Source: an uncultured Nitrospiraceae bacterium (GTDB taxonomy: Bacteria > Nitrospirota > Nitrospiria > Nitrospirales > Nitrospiraceae). Taken from it: a stretch of 64,000 nucleotides of DNA. The notes under the pieces were generated by a model that made no database searches, had not been told where the DNA came from, and saw only the letters and a program-made list of their open reading frames with translations. The translations under genes were made by a program, and so were the position numbers. The stretch covers positions 480,001 through 544,000 of the forward strand of contig CAVPLT010000004.1 in the NCBI GenBank assembly GCA_963706325.1. The letters are read 5' to 3'. Shown one piece after another: positions 1 to 8,695 of this stretch (within the stretch, counting starts at the first letter, position 1; the number at the start of each line of letters is the position of its first letter).

Positions 1-2
1 TT

Positions 3-1217
3 CAGAATCGTCACCACTCGTTCTACGATTCGGTCTCCCCGCTCTTTTCAGAGTACGAGAATGTCCTCCTCCGACGAGCCTCGGTCTCAAAAAATCCTGA
101 AGAGAGCGAACAGTGGTTGGTACAGGTGAAAGATACGGTCGAAACGTCTCATGCCGCCGAGTTGCAAGACTATTTCCAGGAGGATTGCGTGGGAGCCGTG
201 CGAACCCAAGGGCAGAGAACGATGATTCCCCACGGCACAGCGGTGCTCTATCCCATTTCGTTTCCAGATCGACTTGAATTGGTAATGGAAACCTCGGACG
301 GCCTCAAGCAAGTCACGGTTCCCGTCAGCGGAGAGAAGTTGACGAAAGAAATTCGAACGTTCAGACGACAGATCCAAGACCCTCGTTCGCAGAATTATTT
401 GCCCGCCGCGCAGGCTTTGCATGGATGGATCCTGGCGCCACTTGAGCGGAATTTTCAAGCAGCCAGCATTACCACCCTGGTGATGGTGGCTGGGGGGCCA
501 TTCAGGACGATTCCCGTAGGAGCCTTACATGACGGCCGGCAACATGTCGTAGATAAGCTGGCAATCGCCGTGACACCAAGTCTGAAATTGACCGATTTTC
601 CATCCACTCCTCGGAAAAAAGGGACGCTGTTGTCGGTTGGCTTGACCGAGTCGGTCGAAGGCATGCCTGCCCCGCGCCATGCTGACGCGGAAGTTCAGGC
701 CATTAGAACGCTGTACGGTGGGAAGCTCTTGATGAATAAGCAGTTCTCTGCGCCGTTACTCGAAGAGGAGATCAAAGATCAGGGAGTGGGAATCGTACAT
801 GTGGCTTCGCATACGGTAGTCGCGAACGATCACAAGAATTCGTTCGTGCTGGCGCATGACGGCCGGATCAGCATGGATCGATTGTCCCAACTCGTTGGGT
901 TACAGCAGTATCGGCAACAGCCGTTGGACCTCTTGACCCTCAGCGCCTGTGAAACTCCCGAGGAAGACGATCGTGCCGCGCTCGGTCTCAACGGTGTAGC
1001 CGTGAAGACCGGCGCAAGGACAGCCTTGGCCACGTTATGGATTACCGAGGACGAAACGACGTCCGAACTCGTTTCCGAATTTTATCGTCAACTGCAGGAC
1101 CCGGCGCTGTCCAAGGCGGTGGCGCTGCAGCGGGCGCAGCAGAAGATTCTTGCACAACGTGGGCGCAGCCACCCCAGTTATTGGGCAGCCTTTCTCTTGA
1201 TCAACAACTGGATGTGA
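3..1217 (+). CDS. CHAT (caspase HetF-associated with TPR) domain protein, 5'-truncated by the window edge
   Basis: The frame is open from position 3. It has CHAT motifs IVHVASH, LLTLSACET, LATLW and the C-terminal HPSYWAAFLLINNW. Confidence 0.9.
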   Translation, partial: QNRHHSFYDSVSPLFSEYENVLLRRASVSKNPEESEQWLVQVKDTVETSHAAELQDYFQEDCVGAVRTQGQRTMIPHGTAVLYPISFPDRLELVMETSDGLKQVTVPVSGEKLTKEIRTFRRQIQDPRSQNYLPAAQALHGWILAPLERNFQAASITTLVMVAGGPFRTIPVGALHDGRQHVVDKLAIAVTPSLKLTDFPSTPRKKGTLLSVGLTESVEGMPAPRHADAEVQAIRTLYGGKLLMNKQFSAPLLEEEIKDQGVGIVHVASHTVVANDHKNSFVLAHDGRISMDRLSQLVGLQQYRQQPLDLLTLSACETPEEDDRAALGLNGVAVKTGARTALATLWITEDETTSELVSEFYRQLQDPALSKAVALQRAQQKILAQRGRSHPSYWAAFLLINNWM

Positions 1218-1363
1218 AGATGGGATTGTTTTGACTGCTGCGGAGAGAGGCTACCAGGTTTGATCTTAAGGCCACAATCGGGGTGAAGATGTGGCCCTTT
1301 ATAGTTGAAGGTACGGATCAAGCGAAAGGAACCGGGCAGCTGGTAGAGGGGGTATTTGAGACC

Positions 1364-2047
1364 TTACAATTTCCTCCCCGTCATGATCTCATACGCCTCA
1401 TCAAGCGTGTCTACTTCTCTGACCAATACCTTGGATTCAAGACTGAGCGCAACTCGATTGATTCGAGGGGCATAAAATTGGCCTCGCGGGACCAATAGGA
1501 TACGATATCCTCCGCGCGCCGCCGCAGTGGTTTTCTCAGCCACCTGAGTAACCTGACCAATCGTGCCGTCGCGTTCCAGCGTACCCGTGATAGTGATTTC
1601 CTTGCTTAATGAATCTCCTTTGAGCAAGGCGAGAAAGCCAATAGCCAAGGCAGCTTCCGCAGCCGACCCTTCTGTACTGAGCGGTCCAACAAAAGTGGCG
1701 TACAAGGATAAGATGCCGCTCGGACGAATCGATGGCGCGAGACGCGCTACCGCAAAACTGAAGGCGCGGTGAATCGAGCCCATCCCGGCGCCTCTGACGG
1801 GCACTTGACTCCTCCCCCATCGCAAGGCCAGTGAGGTTGGCTGGCTAGCCTCGTCCCATTTCATCACGAACGCCGGAAGTCCCACTTGCTGGTCGGTGGT
1901 TAGAGCCACAGAGATCGGCACCGTGACCGTACGGCTTGCAAGGGCTGTTGATGGAAGGCAACCCAGCAGGCCTGCCAATGATGCAACAAGGGTGATGAGT
2001 AGCGGAGAGATCGAATAGGTGTGGTTGCGTGTGGTGTGTGCGTGCAT
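1364..2047 (-). CDS. Stand-alone Lon protease C-terminal (S16-like) domain protein with predicted signal peptide
   Basis: ITITGTLERDGTIGQV..VAEK..AA...G...LLVP resembles Lon_C. The N-terminus is hydrophobic and ends in ALA. Confidence 0.75.
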   Translation of the reverse strand: MHAHTTRNHTYSISPLLITLVASLAGLLGCLPSTALASRTVTVPISVALTTDQQVGLPAFVMKWDEASQPTSLALRWGRSQVPVRGAGMGSIHRAFSFAVARLAPSIRPSGILSLYATFVGPLSTEGSAAEAALAIGFLALLKGDSLSKEITITGTLERDGTIGQVTQVAEKTTAAARGGYRILLVPRGQFYAPRINRVALSLESKVLVREVDTLDEAYEIMTGRKL

Positions 2048-2256
2048 GAGTCAAGTCTAGATGAGGGTCGTCGTTTGTCAAATCGACCCGACCAGCAGCC
2101 TCCTATTTCCTCCTGCCCATTCCCTACTGAGAAGTTGCGAGGGCGACGCATGACACTCCATGCTGTCTCTTACGACATGCGCATGGTACTCTGGGGCCGT
2201 TTCATCGACGGCCAAGGACAATACAGAGGCCGGGCCGATCAGACGAAAGGGTGCTG

Positions 2257-3120
2257 ATGTCAGCAGAGCGCTCGGTGGTTATTACCGGAGCGTCATCGGG
2301 AATTGGCGCCGCTTGCGCGCGTTATCTCGATGAGCGTGGATTCACCGTCTGGGCGGGTGTCCGACGACCAGAAGATGGTGACGAGCTGGCGCGCCGGTGC
2401 TCAAGTCGCCTTCGTGTGCTCAGTCTGGATGTCACGAAATCGGAATCGATCTCTGCGGCCGGCCGGATGTTGACCGAAATTACGGGCGAGAGTGGATTGT
2501 GGGGCTTGATCAATAATGCCGGCATCTCAGTCGCCGGTCCGCTGGAGCTTCTGCCGCTCGATGACGTGCGATCCCAGTTCGAGGTCAATGTCATCGGGGC
2601 GCTCGCCGTCACCCAGGCCCTTCTGCCGTTGCTGCGACGAAGACGGGGTCGTATTGTCAATATCAGTTCCATTGCAGGACTCACTGCCACGCCTTTTCTC
2701 GGGGCCTATTGCAGTTCGAAGTTTGCCTTGGAAGCCATGAGCGATGCATTGCGATTGGAGCTAGTCCCTTGGGGCATCACGGTTTCCTTGGTTGAACCAG
2801 GCGCGGTTCAGTCCCAGATTTGGCAACGCGCGACGATGTCCGCGACTCACATGTTGAGGCAGGTGACACCCGCGTCGCGCGCGCTCTATGACGAACCGCT
2901 TCGTCGCATCCAGGAGGTTGTTGAGCGGGCGGCGAAGCGTGCGATTCCAGCCGCAGTGGTCGCTCGCTCCGTGGCTGATGCGTTAACCGCGCCACGTCCA
3001 CGCGCGCGGTATCTAGTCGGCAAGGATGCGCGTTTAAGGGCGTTGATGAAGTGGATGTTGCCCACTCGCGCGCAGGATCGGGTGTTGGCGTGGTTCCTGG
3101 GACTGGAGTACCGTGATTAG
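2257..3120 (+). CDS. Short-chain dehydrogenase/reductase (SDR)
   Basis: TGASSGIG, NNAG, catalytic YCSSK (YxxxK) and VEPG motifs. Confidence 0.95.
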   Translation: MSAERSVVITGASSGIGAACARYLDERGFTVWAGVRRPEDGDELARRCSSRLRVLSLDVTKSESISAAGRMLTEITGESGLWGLINNAGISVAGPLELLPLDDVRSQFEVNVIGALAVTQALLPLLRRRRGRIVNISSIAGLTATPFLGAYCSSKFALEAMSDALRLELVPWGITVSLVEPGAVQSQIWQRATMSATHMLRQVTPASRALYDEPLRRIQEVVERAAKRAIPAAVVARSVADALTAPRPRARYLVGKDARLRALMKWMLPTRAQDRVLAWFLGLEYRD

Positions 3121-3235
3121 CAGGATGCTGAAAAAGCCGGCCAAATTTGTTTGTTGCATCATTCATAGACTCACATACTTAGTACGCGGCGCTCTCCATC
3201 TATCGGGACGCGCATCTGGATGCGGCCCTGTGGGA
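3121..3235. repeat. Degenerate copy of the ~120 bp intergenic inverted-repeat element
   Basis: Starts CAGGATGCTGAAAAAGCCGGCCA, 22/23 identical to the start of the copy at 39450. The right end is decayed and the end coordinate is approximate. Confidence 0.7.
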
Positions 3236-3386
3236 CAGGGTTCTGAAGTTCCACGGAAGTGTATTCTTGATGCCACTCAGCATAACAGGGAATTCTGTGG
3301 CAGCTCACTCTCGGCGTTTCGGTGAAGATGACAGTTGCAGATGTCATTAAGTGGAGCGATGGTATTGCAACGAGTCGGAGCATGTC

Positions 3387-3809
3387 ATGCCTGAACCAGG
3401 GCTAGTCCGGTCTGCGGGCGGAGTCGTGCTCCGGCAGCAGGACGTGTTGTTGATTCGTGTCTCTGACAGCAGGGGGCGCCCGATATGGTCATTTCCTAAG
3501 GGACGGCTGGACGCGGGCGAAACTCCGGCCCAGGCTGCGGTGCGGGAGGTGTTGGAAGAAACAGGCTGGCGTTGCCGAATCGAGGCAGACTTGTCGATCA
3601 CCGAATATTGGTTTCAGCGCGAGGGGCGGCGATTTCGTAAAACGGTAGTCTGGTTCAAAATGACGCCCATCGAACAGGGCGGTGTTCCTGATGGGGAAGT
3701 CGAGGACGTACAGTGGGTCGATCATCAGGAAGCGCTTGGTCGACTGAGTTATGCGTCGGATGTGGCCTTGTTGTCTCAAGCCATTGCGCACGGGTTGGCT
3801 GCGTCCTGA
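3387..3809 (+). CDS. NUDIX hydrolase
   Basis: Nudix box [22 protein letters not shown] and SAGGVV; GGAG lies upstream of ATG 3387. Confidence 0.93.
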   Translation: MPEPGLVRSAGGVVLRQQDVLLIRVSDSRGRPIWSFPKGRLDAGETPAQAAVREVLEETGWRCRIEADLSITEYWFQREGRRFRKTVVWFKMTPIEQGGVPDGEVEDVQWVDHQEALGRLSYASDVALLSQAIAHGLAAS

Positions 3810-3838
3810 CGGAGCGGCATTGTCGCGCCCTGTCCGCC

Positions 3839-3867
3839 TTGACAAGTCTGGCCCCCTTTACTAGACT
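3839..3867 (+). promoter_or_regulatory. Sigma70-type promoter for the histidine kinase operon
   Basis: TTGACA (3839-3844), a 17 nt spacer, then TAGACT (3862-3867). Confidence 0.7.
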
Positions 3868-3996
3868 CGCGTTGATTGTTGTCTCGTGCCTCATCTTGCA
3901 CGGCAGGGCCGTGCAAGTACGCGCCTCTCCTCACGACTCTGCATCAACAGACGAACGTCAATCACGGCGCGTTCGGCACCACACAGAGGCTCGCCC

Positions 3997-6900
3997 GTGT
4001 ATAGTCTGGCTCGCTTCTCTTTGCTGGAAATGACTGAATGTTCGGCTGTGCTTCGGCAGCTGGGTGAGCAATCACGCTCACTGCGCGATGTTGCTGCGCG
4101 CGCGGTTGACTATCTCTATGCTTCTCTCGGCGATCCGCATACGGGCGCGCGTGATTGCGTTCTGGTTCGATGCTTCAAGACGGTACCCTATGGTCGGCTC
4201 GACCCGTCGATTCAGCGGTTGGCCCGAGAAAAGTTGGGGGGTATCCCTCCGCTCCCAGACCTGAAGTGCTTTACGCTCATGGCCACGGCTGGGGAGGAGC
4301 CGGACTGGAACCATGTGGAATTGTCTCATCGCTATCGCGTCATTCCCATGGTGAATGCGGACTTCGTGAAACAGTTTCCCATGTTCTCACAGCTCCTGCA
4401 TCAATTCGGAGTGTCCACGGCGTTTGACGTGACGCCGAAAGGCGAATGGCTCGTGGATGTGGAAGAGAAAACCTATAACGTGTTTTACGTGCCGGATGCT
4501 TTGCACAATCCTTATGTGCCGGTCCAGAAAGAGTTTGTCCGAAAGTTTGGAGTGGCATCGGTCTTATGTTTTGGCGGCATGCTGCCCTCCCGTGATTTAT
4601 TCGCCGTCATTTTGTTTTCCAGAACACCTGTGCCGAGAGACACCGCTATGCTGTGTAAGTCTCTGGCGCTGAGCCTGAAAGCTTCGCTGCTGGCATTTGA
4701 TGAAACGGCTGATGCCGAAACGGAGAGGGCCGCTCAACCGGCGGCAAAAGCGGTCGGTGCGTTGGCGGAACAGCTCGAGACGACGAGGCATCAGTCTCGC
4801 CTTGCCGTCAGTGAGCAGCTGTTGCAGGTATACGAAAATGCGGTACGCACGCAATCAGCTGGAATTGCGCAGGCTCAGCAAGCGTTTCGGGAACGCGCCG
4901 ATGCTCTTGAACGATCAGAACGCGCACTGCACGAGCAAACCAGAATTGTCAACTCGATATTGCGAAGTATGGGCGACGGCGTCGTTGTGACCGATGGAGA
5001 GGGCAAGTTGGTGGTCGCTAATCCCGCCATCGAAAGCATTCTCGGCTTTTCACCTGGCGGTGTGCCCCCCGCGGAGTGGCCCCTGCATTATCAATTTTTC
5101 CATGACGACACGGTGACCCCTTTCCAACGCCACGAATGGCCGCTGGTCCGCGCATTAGAAGGGGAGAAAATAGACTGGCTTGAGGTCTACATGCGCGCCT
5201 CTCACGATGCGCCTGGCCGCTGGATTAGCATCAATGCCAGGTCCGTGAAAGACGATGACGGCGCGCTGCGTGGCATCGTGGCGGTGTTTCATGACATCAC
5301 CTGGCTCAAACGGGCGCAGGACGCCTTGTTTGAGTCGGAAGATCGCTACCGTAGTGTGGTCGAAGGAGCGCGAGATATTATTTTCACCATTTCGGTGGAC
5401 AGCACGCTCACGTCGTTGAATCCGGCCTTTGAATCAGTGACCAATTGGTCGCGCTCGCAATGGATCGGAGAGCCGTTTGTGGGCCTCTTGCATCCCGATG
5501 ATGCCGGCTTCTGTCAGGATGTCGTGCAGGCGATCCTGGAGCGCGGGGCGCCGTTGACCTGTTCTATGCAAATCGGCATGAAACAGGGCGGATACATTAC
5601 AGGAGAATTCGTCGGGACCCCGCAGATTCGTCAAGGCCGGGTGGTCGGTGTGCTGGGCATTATTCGTGATGTGACCGAACGGCGTCGGATCGAAGACGCG
5701 TTGCGCGTCAGCGAGGAACGGGTGCGTTCCATCGTACAGTCGACCACCGATGCCATTGTATTAGTCAACGCGCTCATGAAAGTGGCCTTCTGGAACAGGG
5801 GAGCCGAGGAGACGTTTGGCTATGCGGCCGAGGAGATTATTGCGCAGCCTGTAACCATGATTATTCAGGATCGCCATCACGAGCAGTTGGAGCGCCATGT
5901 GCAACGGGTTCGGCTGCTGGGTGGCCCCCACGTCGCGAACAAGACGTTGGAACTGGCCGGTCGGCGAAAGGACGGCATCGAATTTCCGTTAGAGTTGAGT
6001 GTGACCTCATGGCAAGGCAAGTCCGACCTGTTTTTTACGATCATCATGCGCGACATCAGCGAACGACGGTTGGCCGAAGAGCAATTGGATCGTTTGCATC
6101 ACCACAATCAGGTTGTGCTGAACTCCGCCGGAGAAGGGATCTACGGGGTAGATCGGGAGGGGAGGCTCACGTTCGTCAATCCGGCGGCGGCCAAGATGTT
6201 CGGTTGGGAGGCGGAAGCACTGATCGGTCAGTCTCTCCATGCGCTGGTGCACCAGACCGATCTCAGGGGCATGCCATTCACGGAGGAGCACTGCCTCATT
6301 GGGGAGACGATTAGGGGGGGCGAGTTGCGAGAACATGTCGATAGCGTATTTTGGCGTAAGGACGGGACGAGTTTTCCAGTTGAGTACGTCAGCACGCCGA
6401 TTCAGGAGCGAGGGGAGATCGTGGGCGCGGTCGTGGTGTTCAAAGACACCACGGATCGAAAACGCGCGGAAGAACAATTGCAGGATTCCTTGCGGCGTTT
6501 GCGAAAGCTGTCCGGTCGGATGGAAGGGATTCGCGAAGAAGAGCGGGGGAGAATCGCGCGTGAATTGCATGACGAACTGGGCGTGGGGTTGACGTGCCTC
6601 AAAATCGATCTGTCGCGTCTGGGCGGCCTATTCGGGGAACGGCTGCCGATGCAGGACCGTGCCAAGATCGACGAGAAAGTTCGCGGCATGAAGGAGCAGG
6701 TAGATAGTACCATTACCTCTGTTCAGCGCATTGTGGCGGAGTTGCGTCCCGGTGTGCTCGATGATCTGGGACTGGTAGCGGCGATCGAATGGCAGTGCCG
6801 TGATTTTCAGCGCCGCACCGGTATTGCCTGTCGATGTATCGTCAGTCATGAAGATTTACGCGTGGATCCGGAACATGCCACCGCAGTCTTTCGAATTTGC

Positions 6901-7152
6901 CAGGAGGCGTTAACGAATGTGACGCGGCATGCCCAGGCGACACAGGTCCAGGTACAATTGGATGATCAAGGCGTGGGTTTACAGCTGCAGGTAAGCGATA
7001 ATGGACGAGGTATTCCGCAGGATCGGCTCGCGGATGCGAGGTCATTCGGACTGTTGGGGATGCGGGAACGCGCCGGGCTTCTTGGTGGAGATGTGCAAAT
7101 CAATACACAGGAAGGCGCAGGGACCACAATCTTGTTACGTTTGCCTCGTTAA
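3997..7152 (+). CDS. Cytoplasmic multi-PAS sensor histidine kinase (HisKA_3/NarX-like) with an uncharacterised N-terminal domain
   Basis: Four PAS/PAC repeats ending in DIT/DVT/DIS/DTT, H-box IARELHDELG, QEALTNV.RHA, DNGRG and FGLLGMRERA. The start is placed at GTG 3997 after GAGG; the ORF track starts at 3886. Confidence 0.92.
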   Translation: MYSLARFSLLEMTECSAVLRQLGEQSRSLRDVAARAVDYLYASLGDPHTGARDCVLVRCFKTVPYGRLDPSIQRLAREKLGGIPPLPDLKCFTLMATAGEEPDWNHVELSHRYRVIPMVNADFVKQFPMFSQLLHQFGVSTAFDVTPKGEWLVDVEEKTYNVFYVPDALHNPYVPVQKEFVRKFGVASVLCFGGMLPSRDLFAVILFSRTPVPRDTAMLCKSLALSLKASLLAFDETADAETERAAQPAAKAVGALAEQLETTRHQSRLAVSEQLLQVYENAVRTQSAGIAQAQQAFRERADALERSERALHEQTRIVNSILRSMGDGVVVTDGEGKLVVANPAIESILGFSPGGVPPAEWPLHYQFFHDDTVTPFQRHEWPLVRALEGEKIDWLEVYMRASHDAPGRWISINARSVKDDDGALRGIVAVFHDITWLKRAQDALFESEDRYRSVVEGARDIIFTISVDSTLTSLNPAFESVTNWSRSQWIGEPFVGLLHPDDAGFCQDVVQAILERGAPLTCSMQIGMKQGGYITGEFVGTPQIRQGRVVGVLGIIRDVTERRRIEDALRVSEERVRSIVQSTTDAIVLVNALMKVAFWNRGAEETFGYAAEEIIAQPVTMIIQDRHHEQLERHVQRVRLLGGPHVANKTLELAGRRKDGIEFPLELSVTSWQGKSDLFFTIIMRDISERRLAEEQLDRLHHHNQVVLNSAGEGIYGVDREGRLTFVNPAAAKMFGWEAEALIGQSLHALVHQTDLRGMPFTEEHCLIGETIRGGELREHVDSVFWRKDGTSFPVEYVSTPIQERGEIVGAVVVFKDTTDRKRAEEQLQDSLRRLRKLSGRMEGIREEERGRIARELHDELGVGLTCLKIDLSRLGGLFGERLPMQDRAKIDEKVRGMKEQVDSTITSVQRIVAELRPGVLDDLGLVAAIEWQCRDFQRRTGIACRCIVSHEDLRVDPEHATAVFRICQEALTNVTRHAQATQVQVQLDDQGVGLQLQVSDNGRGIPQDRLADARSFGLLGMRERAGLLGGDVQINTQEGAGTTILLRLPR

Positions 7153-7170
7153 CCGAAAGGAGAGTGAGAC

Positions 7171-7818
7171 GTGCGAACAACAGCGGCGGTGCGGATTCTG
7201 GTGGTTGATGATCATCCCTCCTTTCGCCGCGGGGTCAAAGATATTCTGGAGGAAGGATTTGAAGGCTCGAGTATGGCGGAATGCGGGAACGCCCAGGAAA
7301 TGCTTGACCACGTGCGGGAGTGTCCCTGCGATCTCGTGGTCATGGACATCAGCATGCCTGGACGAAGCGGGCCGGAAGCGCTCAAGGAGTTGAAACTATT
7401 GGCGCCCACTTTGCCGGTACTGATTTTAAGTATGCACCCTGAGGACCAATATGCCATCCGCATGTTCAAGGCCGGCGCAGCGGGATATTTGACGAAGGCG
7501 AGCGCACCGGAAGAATTAGTGCATGCAGCTAAAAAAGTGTTAGCGGGCGGACAATATGTCAGTGCGTCGGTGGGAGAAGCGCTGGCGCTCACGGTGAGAA
7601 CCGGGGTCGATAAGTTGCCGCATGAACGTTTGTCGGATCGAGAGTACGAAGTGTTGTGCCTCATTGCCTCGGGGAAGACCGTCAGCGATATTGCCGAAGG
7701 TATTCATTTGAGCGTGACCACGATCAGCACCTATCGCGCGAGAATTTTGGACAAGATGAGTTTGAAGAATAATGCCGAATTGACCCGGTATGCATTACAA
7801 CACGGATTGGTGGTCTGA
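7171..7818 (+). CDS. NarL/FixJ-family response regulator (REC + LuxR HTH)
   Basis: VVDDH, MDISMPG, YLTK and LSDREYEVL...G....IA..I.LS..TISTYR; RBS AAAGGAG. Confidence 0.95.
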   Translation: MRTTAAVRILVVDDHPSFRRGVKDILEEGFEGSSMAECGNAQEMLDHVRECPCDLVVMDISMPGRSGPEALKELKLLAPTLPVLILSMHPEDQYAIRMFKAGAAGYLTKASAPEELVHAAKKVLAGGQYVSASVGEALALTVRTGVDKLPHERLSDREYEVLCLIASGKTVSDIAEGIHLSVTTISTYRARILDKMSLKNNAELTRYALQHGLVV

Positions 7819-7932
7819 CTACTTAGTGAAGAGGGTCGAACGAACAATGACAACGCTTCCTGTCTATTTCTGACACAAGAATCGCACACCTGCCGATAGG
7901 CTTCATTCTTCTTCCATTGTAATGTTTGCCGC

Positions 7933-8196
7933 ATGCAAGAGTCGTGGATTTTGGGCGGAGCGACGCTCTTGTCGATCTTCCAGGCCATTCGTGGGAGTAG
8001 CTTGATCGAGCGGTCTTCCTCACTTGAACGCCGGCCACACCTGTCATCTCGACATTGGCCTACGGTCTTAAGTGGATTAACTACTGCGGAAGCTGCCATG
8101 TTGCAAGACTTGGCCTGGTGGGGACCATTGATGGAGAATCGACTGCAACAAATGGCCGGAGTACGCGTCGAACCCGAACCGCTCGGCAGGGGGTGA
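7933..8196 (+). CDS. Hypothetical protein
   Basis: 87-aa ORF co-oriented with and abutting the next gene; no recognisable motif. Confidence 0.35.
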   Translation: MQESWILGGATLLSIFQAIRGSSLIERSSSLERRPHLSSRHWPTVLSGLTTAEAAMLQDLAWWGPLMENRLQQMAGVRVEPEPLGRG

Positions 8197-8200
8197 ACTT

Positions 8201-8596
8201 ATGATGCGAATGACAACCTTGACAGGCCAACGACTGAACAAACGACCGAAGGTTGCGGTGGTCTATGAAGATGTGACGACCGGATTCCGACTGGCTGATT
8301 GGTTTGCGCGGCATGGTTATCAACCCACTTTGACATCTGCCGTTCACCATCTGGAAGGCAATCTACATGAACTCCATCCCGATGTCATCGTGGTTGGTTT
8401 TTCTTCTTCTCCCCCGTCACTCCACAGTACCGTGCCGCGTCTTAGAACGACTTGCCCGCAAGTGCCGATCATCGCCGTGGTAGATCAGCCCCTGAGCACG
8501 CTGCGGGCCGCTTCAAAAGTTGACGGGGCTAACGCGGTTGGAGGGGATGTGTTCATGTGTCACTCACTCGATTCTCCTACGCCCCGGTTTGAGTAG
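8201..8596 (+). CDS. Atypical stand-alone receiver-like (pseudo-REC) protein
   Basis: REC-like pattern KVAVVYED...LADWF..HGY...HPDVIVVG...P.VPIIAV. The phospho-acceptor Asp appears to be replaced by Gly. Confidence 0.6.
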   Translation: MMRMTTLTGQRLNKRPKVAVVYEDVTTGFRLADWFARHGYQPTLTSAVHHLEGNLHELHPDVIVVGFSSSPPSLHSTVPRLRTTCPQVPIIAVVDQPLSTLRAASKVDGANAVGGDVFMCHSLDSPTPRFE

Positions 8597-8695
8597 TTCT
8601 CCTGCAGGCATGTTCCAAACCGCTTCCAGTGACAGCGCGAAGTGGCGCGAGAGCACGATCGTGATTGACTGTCTGAAGATGAAAGGAGCCGCGTT

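Noticed and set aside
5720..6060. Third PAS domain as a FixL-type heme oxygen sensor
   Set aside because: It resembles FixL PAS overall, but the proximal His position appears to be unconserved (HHEQLERH); this cannot be supported by eye.
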